IMG/VR virus record: IMGVR_UViG_3300037467_002029
Location: 1 to 64,000 of that record
Origin: a virus
Taxonomy: Duplodnaviria; Caudoviricetes
DNA length: 64,000 nucleotides
Reading direction: 5' to 3' (one strand)
Part shown: positions 28,700 to 36,204 of the stretch, piece by piece
Numbering within the stretch: the stretch's first letter is position 1
How the letters are laid out: each line of letters begins with the position of its first letter
Program-made: the position numbers and the translations under genes
The notes under the pieces: generated by a model
What the model saw: the letters and a program-made list of their open reading frames with translations, nothing else
Databases searched by the model: none
Told to the model about the DNA's origin: nothing

Positions 28700-29137
28700 A
28701 TGGCGAAGCTCTACAGCACGGTCTACAAATCCGTCGTCCGCGCGGTGAACGACCTGGTCAAGGACATTCAGTCCACCGTTGATCCCCAGGCGCTCTACTG
28801 GGCCTGGGAGAACCGAGACGACGAGGACAAGCTGCCTCGCGTGATGCTGGTCGGCGCCAACGGGTTCTCGTTCGACGAGAACCTCGGCCAGTGGCTGATC
28901 CGCTTCGGCGTCACGCTATCGACGGTCGACGACGCCAACCTGTTTCAGGAAGCCGATATCATCGACATGATCCACGACCGGTTCGGAGAGAAGCAGAAGA
29001 TTTCACTCCGCGATCCTGACGACGGGAGCATCACGAACGAGCTCGTGTCAGTTCACTGGGAGGTGCTGCCGATGGTGCAGACCCAGGTCAGAAATTACCG
29101 CTCAATTGGCGTCGAGCTGCGGCGCACCGGAACCTAA
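28700..29137 (+). CDS. Putative tail terminator encoded on the opposite strand
   Basis: 145 aa alpha/beta pattern, acidic, phage-like codon use. Confidence 0.4.
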   Translation: MAKLYSTVYKSVVRAVNDLVKDIQSTVDPQALYWAWENRDDEDKLPRVMLVGANGFSFDENLGQWLIRFGVTLSTVDDANLFQEADIIDMIHDRFGEKQKISLRDPDDGSITNELVSVHWEVLPMVQTQVRNYRSIGVELRRTGT

Positions 29138-29421
29138 CAGCCTTCCATCACAGGGTCGGTCTTGCAGGCCGAACTGTGCAGCTCGGCCTGGTCAAGCTCA
29201 TGCCGTTTCATGTCCCGGGCAATCTCAGGGTCGTTGGCGATCTTGTTCGCGAACTCGCGCGCCGCACTGAGCTCAGCCTTCGCCTGCTCAGGGCTTTCAC
29301 CCTCATGGATCTTCTGGAGATAGATCTGAGCTTCGGCCTTCGTATAAGCATCGTCCGCGTCGGCTTGGGCCTTCGAGCACGCGGCCAGGGCCAGCGCGAT
29401 AAGCAACACGGATGCTCTCAT
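29134..29421 (-). CDS. Small lipoprotein
   Basis: MRASVLLIALALAAC lipobox. Confidence 0.6.
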   Translation of the reverse strand: MRASVLLIALALAACSKAQADADDAYTKAEAQIYLQKIHEGESPEQAKAELSAAREFANKIANDPEIARDMKRHELDQAELHSSACKTDPVMEGC

Positions 29422-29437
29422 GGAGCCGGTGTTTAGC

Positions 29438-30136
29438 TTAAGCGGTGGTTCCTGTCACCGGGTCGTCGCGATTGATGGTCTGAACCAGCGATCCGAAGCT
29501 GCCGGCCAGATCGAGCTCTGGGTTCACCGCGGCAATCCCTTCGGCAATGTACTGATCGAGCTGGCCGCGGATCATGTTCCAATCGATCTTCTCGCGCTGG
29601 AACTGATCGGTGCCCGAGCTCTGCTTGGCAGCAAGCTTGACTTGCAGCGCAGGGATCTGACCAATTGCGGCTGTGGCTTCGATGGCGTCGCGTGCCTTGA
29701 GAGCAGCTGATCCAGCTGCGGCATCGAGCGCTGCCGCGGTGACTTGATCACGAAACCGGCTGTACGCCCCGACCAGGTCGATCGCTTCGTCTTCGAGCTC
29801 GTGCGTCTCGAGGCCAAGCTTGTTGCGAACGCCGCCCTCAGAAACTCCGAGAGGAAGGAAGGCGTCCAACCGATAGCGAAGCCGGCCGCTCTTCAGCAGG
29901 CCGGCAACGGTGTAGCTCCAATGCAGCTCCCGCGGCTCGGACAAAGCTCCAGCCTCGATAATTCCATTGTCGACCGCAGCCACAGCGATGACCGACGAAA
30001 CGGCGGACGGGGCAGGCGTGACGGTGCCGTTCGTGACTTGCGAACCGGTGCCGTTGAGCAGCTCCCAGGTGATGTTGCCGTCCGGGAACCCGTCCGTGAA
30101 CTCCACCAGTTGGGTGAGCGCCTGCCCCGCGCGCAT
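29438..30136 (-). CDS. Head-tail adaptor/connector (putative)
   Basis: Two genes after capsid; helical C-terminal domain. Confidence 0.45.
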   Translation of the reverse strand: MRAGQALTQLVEFTDGFPDGNITWELLNGTGSQVTNGTVTPAPSAVSSVIAVAAVDNGIIEAGALSEPRELHWSYTVAGLLKSGRLRYRLDAFLPLGVSEGGVRNKLGLETHELEDEAIDLVGAYSRFRDQVTAAALDAAAGSAALKARDAIEATAAIGQIPALQVKLAAKQSSGTDQFQREKIDWNMIRGQLDQYIAEGIAAVNPELDLAGSFGSLVQTINRDDPVTGTTA

Positions 30137-30438
30137 TACTTGGCGCCGCGCCTGTTGCGAGCCGTCGGGGGCGCAACCGCTCCTTCAGTGATCGTTTCCG
30201 TGCCGGTCTCGCCGGTCTCGCCGGTCTCGCCGGTCTCGCCGGTCTCGCCGGTCTCGTCTACGATCGGAACCTCTTCGAGGTTAACTGCACCGATTTCCCG
30301 CAGATCGCCGTTGTCGAGGCGCTCTTGAATGAAAGCGGTGTGGGGGACGGTGGGATGCTCTCCGGGCAGAATCTCGCGGCCGGAAATGCGGTCCAGCAGC
30401 ATGAAGTTGCCGGTGGTCTCGACGGTAATCTCTTTCAT
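30136..30438 (-). CDS. Hypothetical protein with (ETG)6 repeat
   Basis: First gene after capsid; RBS GGAGA. Confidence 0.6.
   Translation of the reverse strand: MKEITVETTGNFMLLDRISGREILPGEHPTVPHTAFIQERLDNGDLREIGAVNLEEVPIVDETGETGETGETGETGETGTETITEGAVAPPTARNRRGAK
30202..30255. repeat. 9-bp tandem repeat GCCGGTCTC x6
   Basis: Direct reading. Confidence 0.95.
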
Positions 30439-30505
30439 GGGATCTCCTATCCACAGGACTGGCTCGGCACATACATCGAGGGCCGCAACCGGGGTGCACC
30501 AGTAG

Positions 30506-30539
30506 AAAAGCCCCGAGGTTCGTGTGAACCCCGGGGCTT
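30506..30539 (-). terminator. Rho-independent terminator after capsid gene
   Basis: AAGCCCCGGGGTTC-ACAC-GAACCTCGGGGC-TTTT on minus strand. Confidence 0.75.
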
Positions 30540-30565
30540 CCTAGTGACTAAGTCAGTTCAACCGA

Positions 30566-31774
30566 TCAGGGATCGGCAGTGACTGCGTCGAGGTTCAGAA
30601 TGTCGCGCGTGTCGGCGAAGACCAAACGGTAACCCGCATTCTTCGTCTTGACGTAGCGAACCTTCTGGTTCTCGATCGAGCGGACCGACTCTTCGATGTC
30701 CGAGCCGTTCTCGTTCAGCTCTTCGACCGTTTCGCCCTTGATGAAGCCAACGAGCTTCGACGCAGGGGCGGACGAGGACACCTCGAAGTTGACCTTCTGG
30801 TTGAACCGCGGGTTCTCGATCGCGACTTGGACGCCCGCCTTCGCGAGCACGTCAGTCATGGTCATGCCCTGGTACTGCGGCGTCGCAAACATGCGCTCCC
30901 ACTCGAAGAACATGTCCCAGTTACCGAGGACCGTGTCGACCGGCACGCCCGCCTGAGCGCGGGTGATCAACCACTTGAGGAAGATCTCCCAGTTCATGCG
31001 GCCGGCGGCGATTGCGCCATTCCCGATGATCGACGCAGCGAGAGTGGAAGCGTTCGTCACGCTTGCCGCACCGTTGACGCCGTCGCCGTTGATCAGGAGA
31101 TCGGTGACGATACCGACCTGTCCGATCTGCACCTCACGCTCGATGCGGTTTGCATACGGCGTGACGATGTCGAGGCTGATGCGACGCTCGAATTCGTAGG
31201 TGAACTCGTAGCCACCGCCGAACTTGTGGAACGTCACCGACTTGCTGTCGGTCTTCAGCGAACGGATCGGAATGCGCGCGCCTTCCGCGATCACGCCCGT
31301 CTGCTGATAGTCCTCGGCCTTGTCGTCGACAACGCGAGTGATCAGTTCGACACCGTTGGTGCCGCGGCTGTTCGCCAGCATGCCGCTCACGCTCTCAATC
31401 GAGCTCTGGCGATACTTCCACTGGACGACGTCATCGACGACTTCCGGGAAGAACGCGCGGGTACCCGGCTTGAACTGGAAGGTCTCGGCCGCGGCTTGCA
31501 GCACGATGCCCTGATCGAGGTCGTCGCGGAACGGAAGGCCAAGGTGCGCGAGCGCCACCTCATAGCCGTTCAGACCCGAGCCCTTAAAGGCACCGACGTT
31601 CGGGTCGATCGCGAGACGACAATAGTCCCGCATCGACAGCCCCGCGTTCTTCGCAGTCGCGACCAGCTTCTGACCAGCGTTGAGGGACTCAGACGGGTTG
31701 TCGCTCAGAAGCCCGGCGAGCACCTGATCGGCCGGCCTGCGGTTCCGTGCGATTTCAAGGAGAAGAGGGTTCAT
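30566..31774 (-). CDS. Major capsid protein (HK97 fold)
   Basis: 402 aa; IAEGARIP...FHKFGGGYEFTYE...LLINGDG; follows decoration gene, followed by terminator. Confidence 0.85.
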   Translation of the reverse strand: MNPLLLEIARNRRPADQVLAGLLSDNPSESLNAGQKLVATAKNAGLSMRDYCRLAIDPNVGAFKGSGLNGYEVALAHLGLPFRDDLDQGIVLQAAAETFQFKPGTRAFFPEVVDDVVQWKYRQSSIESVSGMLANSRGTNGVELITRVVDDKAEDYQQTGVIAEGARIPIRSLKTDSKSVTFHKFGGGYEFTYEFERRISLDIVTPYANRIEREVQIGQVGIVTDLLINGDGVNGAASVTNASTLAASIIGNGAIAAGRMNWEIFLKWLITRAQAGVPVDTVLGNWDMFFEWERMFATPQYQGMTMTDVLAKAGVQVAIENPRFNQKVNFEVSSSAPASKLVGFIKGETVEELNENGSDIEESVRSIENQKVRYVKTKNAGYRLVFADTRDILNLDAVTADP

Positions 31775-31789
31775 TTTGGGTGGTGCTCC

Positions 31790-32230
31790 TTACAGGCTCT
31801 CGACGACAGCGAAGTTGCTGCCAGCGATGGTGACGAGGGCGACCACGATGTTGACCTTGTGGTCGGGCGTCTTGGCGGCGCCGCTATTCGAGGCCCGAAC
31901 CTCACCGTTGCCAGCGCCGACGACCGTGTCTCCACGGGCAACGACATTGAACCCGGTGAGCCCGGCCTTGATCGGCAGCAGCTCCTTGAATTTGCGCGCA
32001 ACCGAACCGGTCTTGCCGGCGCCTTGCTGCGAGCGGTCCTCGTAAGCGTTAAGACGACCATCGATGGGATCGCCGTCACCGGCGAGCTTCATCGTGGCGT
32101 CGGCGGTCGCGTCGAGCGTGAGGGCCTTGCCAAGATCGGTCTGAGCGACAGCGCCGCTGATGTTGTAGGTGAAGATGAAGTCGTCGAGCGGGAAACCGTA
32201 CGAGACTACCTTCCGCGGGTCATAAGTCAT
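31790..32230 (-). CDS. Head decoration/cement protein
   Basis: GKALTL...MKLAGDGDPIDG...GDTVVGAGNG. Confidence 0.65.
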   Translation of the reverse strand: MTYDPRKVVSYGFPLDDFIFTYNISGAVAQTDLGKALTLDATADATMKLAGDGDPIDGRLNAYEDRSQQGAGKTGSVARKFKELLPIKAGLTGFNVVARGDTVVGAGNGEVRASNSGAAKTPDHKVNIVVALVTIAGSNFAVVESL

Positions 32231-32245
32231 TGTCGAGGGTCTCCC

Positions 32246-33394
32246 TTATCGACGGTTGGTCTTGAAGGCGGACAGGCTCGCGGCCGGCTTCGCCTCGGTG
32301 GCACCCGAGCCAGCGCCGCCTTCGGAAGCGCCACCCGCGGGAATGATGGCCGTGAGGCCCCTGGTTTCGGCGTCGATCGCCGCGGTCAGATCCGCGACGG
32401 TCGTCGGAAGGTTCTCAACCGACTTGCCGGCTGCGGTGAGCAGCTTGGTCAGCGAGGCAGTGAGCCAGGTCGTGGCGGCGTCAGCGTCGGCCGTACGGTT
32501 CGCGGCGACCGCATTGTCCCGCTCGGAGGTGAGCGTCGCGATCTGCTCGTTCGCGGCGGTGAGCTGCGTCTGGAGTCCCTCGGCGCGCGTATTCGCGGCG
32601 GTGAGTGCAACCTCATGACCCGCAGCGGCGGCTTCGAGCACGCCGACCTTGGTCTTCGCGTCGATGAGATCTGCCGTAAGCTTGTTCGTATCCACTTGGT
32701 CTTCTCCTCGTGATGCCTGGCAGACCAGGCCGTCGATTTCGAAACCGCGGGCGGCGAGGCGCTGCGCGGATGCAGGCGCGAGCTTTGACGCCGAGCGACC
32801 CACAATTTTAGGTTTGTCCGCTGCACCGCGGGCCACCAGGCTGAGCTCGATGAGATCGGCGAGGCCGACCATGTTCACATGGACGCCGTCTTTTCCGATC
32901 TCATGATCGTTCGCGCAGGTGCGGGTGTAGAAGTTCTCGAAGTTCGCGCCCTCGCCGAGGTAGTCCCAGCCGCACTCCGAACAGAGGTAGGATGTCGGAA
33001 GGAACGAGATCGACACCTCGTCCAGCACGCTTTGATCGATGTCGTCGGCGAGCTTCGCTTCGGACGCCGCGAGATAGAAAAGCGTGCGGAGCTCGAACGA
33101 GCCGTCCGCGGAGTAATCGATGCCCGCGTCGACCACGCGCCCGTTGGGCATGTTCGACATGTTGTGGTTGGTCATCAACGGGATCGTGTTTCCCTTGTTG
33201 ATGAAATCGGAGATCTGCTTGAGGGTCAGCGGGGTCGCAACCGCGCCTTCCCAGATCGTACCCTTCTTGCCGGGGAGTGGCTTGTTGTTCAGCGAGATCG
33301 CTTCGAAGACGGCGATCCCCTCAAGGCTCGTGTCTTCACCGACACGGTCCTTGATCAGCTGCTGCAGTTCGGGGGTGAGCTGGAGGCGCTTCAT
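32246..33394 (-). CDS. Prohead protease/scaffold
   Basis: PLMTNH...EVSISF...CSECG...IELSLVARGA; Ala-rich coiled-coil C-terminus. Confidence 0.75.
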   Translation of the reverse strand: MKRLQLTPELQQLIKDRVGEDTSLEGIAVFEAISLNNKPLPGKKGTIWEGAVATPLTLKQISDFINKGNTIPLMTNHNMSNMPNGRVVDAGIDYSADGSFELRTLFYLAASEAKLADDIDQSVLDEVSISFLPTSYLCSECGWDYLGEGANFENFYTRTCANDHEIGKDGVHVNMVGLADLIELSLVARGAADKPKIVGRSASKLAPASAQRLAARGFEIDGLVCQASRGEDQVDTNKLTADLIDAKTKVGVLEAAAAGHEVALTAANTRAEGLQTQLTAANEQIATLTSERDNAVAANRTADADAATTWLTASLTKLLTAAGKSVENLPTTVADLTAAIDAETRGLTAIIPAGGASEGGAGSGATEAKPAASLSAFKTNRR

Positions 33395-33559
33395 ATTCCG
33401 AGCGCCTACGCGGCCACTCAGGGGCTCTTCGAGGAAAGAGCCGTCAACCGCTGTTCACCGCGACCGTGTCTCAATCTGAAACCGAGCTTTTCTTGCTCTG
33501 ATTGTGAACCTTCGTTAACTACGCGCGGCTCAACACTGCATCAACAGAAGGGTTAGCCC

Positions 33560-34288
33560 GTGCAAGCCGTAAGTAACCTTCGTCACGCAGCCGGCCGAAC
33601 CGTCCGCAATCTCAGGCGCAACCGCGTTGGCGGTGTCGGTCATGATTTTGCTGGCGACATTCGATTGCGGCTTCCCCACCTCGATATTCGCACCGTCTTT
33701 GACATCGGCGCCCACATCGGACTGACCGCAATCGAGTTCTCGGACGAGTTCCCGCAAGCCACGGTACACGCTTTCGAGCCGCACCCCGGAAACTTCTCCC
33801 GGATGCAATCGAACTGCGCCGGCAAGCCAGAGGTAAGGTTCTACAATCTCGGGATCGGCGCAGAACCTGGCACACTCCCGTTTCATTTCGACCCCGAGCA
33901 CCCGACAATGGCCCGCGTCGTCAGCAACGGAGAAGAGGTCACGGATACCGTGGCGATCGATACCGTTGACCGCCTCTGCGACCAGCTTGGAATAACCCGC
34001 ATCGACTTCATGAAGATCGACGTCGAGGGTCATGAAATTCCGGTTCTGGAGGGAGCGATCAGGATGCTCAGCGAAGGCAGGATTTCGCTTCTCAAGCTCG
34101 AAACCGCCATTGACCCGGATCTCTCTTATCACACCCAATTGTGGGACTTGTGCGAACTCCTTCAGCCGCTCGGCTACCGTTTGTTCGGCTTCTACGACCA
34201 GTGGGAGAACACGCTTTCAACTGAAAGCGCGAAACTGAGGCGGTTCGACGTGGCCTTCATCTCGCCGGGGATCATTCACAGAACCTAA
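33560..34288 (+). CDS. FkbM-family SAM methyltransferase
   Basis: VFDIGAHIG, FEP, MKIDVEGHEIPVLEG. Confidence 0.9.
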   Translation: MQAVSNLRHAAGRTVRNLRRNRVGGVGHDFAGDIRLRLPHLDIRTVFDIGAHIGLTAIEFSDEFPQATVHAFEPHPGNFSRMQSNCAGKPEVRFYNLGIGAEPGTLPFHFDPEHPTMARVVSNGEEVTDTVAIDTVDRLCDQLGITRIDFMKIDVEGHEIPVLEGAIRMLSEGRISLLKLETAIDPDLSYHTQLWDLCELLQPLGYRLFGFYDQWENTLSTESAKLRRFDVAFISPGIIHRT

Positions 34289-36204
34289 TTGTGCACCGTC
34301 ACCGGCCCCTTGGCGGTTACACCGAGATCGGTGACATGAATATTGTCGATCGATCCGGAGAAGTTCTTCAGACCCATGAAGCCCCACACGCCATCATCGG
34401 GCGCAGTGAGATAGACCGTATATGAGCCGTTGGCGGTAATGTCCTTCGACATGCCGAAATTCTCCGGCGGCGTCGCGTGGTCCATCTGGTAGCTGTGACC
34501 GAAAATCTGCGGCGCGTCCGGTCCCCATTGGTTGTGGGGGACCTTCTGCGTGAAGCCGTCGCCGAGATCGTTGGTGCAGCTGTTGTGCGCCATGTTGCAA
34601 TTGGCGAACCAGCGGGTGCGGACGCTATCCGACCACGCTTCCCAATAATCGGCGTGCTCGGTGCAGCCCGCCTGGCCGCCGGTATCGTAGCACGCTGCCA
34701 TTTCATCGGACGACAGTTTCCACTTCCCGTCGAGGAATGACTGATCGACCGTGTAGGACAGTAACAGGGAAATCTGCGGCAGCTTGACCGCGTGGGCTGA
34801 CAGGCAATGAACAATATTGTTACCCCAGCTGATGTGGTCACGGTGGTTCGGCGAGTCGACGTTCGTTCCGTCCCAGCAGGACGGCATGCCGATCGAGCGC
34901 GTGACACGTCCGCCAAGAGCGCAAACGTGGGCGTCCATGATCTCCTGGAGCGACGAATAGGCGCTGCCATATTGCGTGCCAGCTGGCTGTCCGCCCTCGC
35001 CGTTGGGGCCACCAGCGCACTGCCACGCCCCGCTGATGCCGCGAATGCTGCACCGCTCAGTGGTTGAGTTGCCAACGCTTACGGTATCGGCCGGGCCGCA
35101 GTTGTTGTCAGTGGTGGACGTGGCGTTGAACGAGCCTTTGTAGCCAAACGTGAAGCGAAGGCTGCGTGGGACGTTCTGGCAGGTAGCGGTGGGAGAAAAT
35201 TCGGCGCACATGCTTGCGGCCGTACCCTGCGTTTCTCCTGCCGCCTTATAGGGCGAAATCAGCGTGATCGTCTCCGATCCGACCGTCATGGAATTGTTGA
35301 GCTGATATGTTCCGATCCCTCCAGACGTGCCCGTCAATTGCGAGACGATTTGCGTTCCGGCAGTAATACCCGTGCCCGTGATGAACTCGCCATCGGGGCT
35401 GATCGGATTGGTGACGCCTCCGGTTGCCGTGACGGTCAGGGTCGTCCCGGAAATAGAGCCGGTTAGGGAGACGCTCGAAGGTTGGGCGGGGTCAGACGGT
35501 CCCTTGTAGTAGACCAGCAGCGGGCCGGTTTTCTCGGCATCGCCGTTGCCGTCAAGGACTGCGGGAAACCAATAGCCCGAGCGGTTGATCGTGTTTTGTG
35601 GATCGGACGGGTTGCTACAGCTCGACTGCGCCTTCGTGCGGAAGTCGTTATAGGTCCAGCTGGGCTCCATGTTGGTCGCGCCGACGAGCTCGTGAAGGTG
35701 CGGCGACTGGGTGCCCGGATAAACCAGCGGATCGACGCGCTTGAAGCCGCCGCTGATGCAGCTGATACGCCACGAGCCGTTGCGCTCGGGATCGTCGCCG
35801 GGGCCGGTGGTGCTGCGAAGGATACCGCCGGCCTGCAATCCATTCGAGGTGGTGAAATTGTCCGCTACTGCCGAAACGGAAGCTGCGGTGATCCATGTTC
35901 CCGTGGGCGATGACGGCATCTTCACGCCAGCGAAGGCACGAAGTTTGCCGGTCCCGGTGATGCCCGAAACGTCGAAGGTGATCTTGTAACGATGCAGCTT
36001 TTTGACGAGGCTGCTCATCTGCATGAGCATCGCCATGCGGGTCGCGCTCGAGGCGACGCACTTGGATCCGGTGACTGCCCACCCGCTATCCGGCATCCAC
36101 GAACCGGTGCTGTCGCAGCCAACGTCAGTATTGATCTCGACGGCATATGCCGGCGCGGAGACGCCGACGATGAGCGCAAGCGCGAGAAGGAGTTTCTTCA
36201 TCAT
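34285..36204 (-). CDS. Signal-peptide protein with DUF1996 domain and lectin-like flanks
   Basis: MMKKLLLALALIVGVSAPAYA; DPLVYPG...HLHELVG, NRSGYWFP, MPSCWDG...DSPNHRDH, HADYWEAW. Confidence 0.75.
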   Translation of the reverse strand: MMKKLLLALALIVGVSAPAYAVEINTDVGCDSTGSWMPDSGWAVTGSKCVASSATRMAMLMQMSSLVKKLHRYKITFDVSGITGTGKLRAFAGVKMPSSPTGTWITAASVSAVADNFTTSNGLQAGGILRSTTGPGDDPERNGSWRISCISGGFKRVDPLVYPGTQSPHLHELVGATNMEPSWTYNDFRTKAQSSCSNPSDPQNTINRSGYWFPAVLDGNGDAEKTGPLLVYYKGPSDPAQPSSVSLTGSISGTTLTVTATGGVTNPISPDGEFITGTGITAGTQIVSQLTGTSGGIGTYQLNNSMTVGSETITLISPYKAAGETQGTAASMCAEFSPTATCQNVPRSLRFTFGYKGSFNATSTTDNNCGPADTVSVGNSTTERCSIRGISGAWQCAGGPNGEGGQPAGTQYGSAYSSLQEIMDAHVCALGGRVTRSIGMPSCWDGTNVDSPNHRDHISWGNNIVHCLSAHAVKLPQISLLLSYTVDQSFLDGKWKLSSDEMAACYDTGGQAGCTEHADYWEAWSDSVRTRWFANCNMAHNSCTNDLGDGFTQKVPHNQWGPDAPQIFGHSYQMDHATPPENFGMSKDITANGSYTVYLTAPDDGVWGFMGLKNFSGSIDNIHVTDLGVTAKGPVTVHN

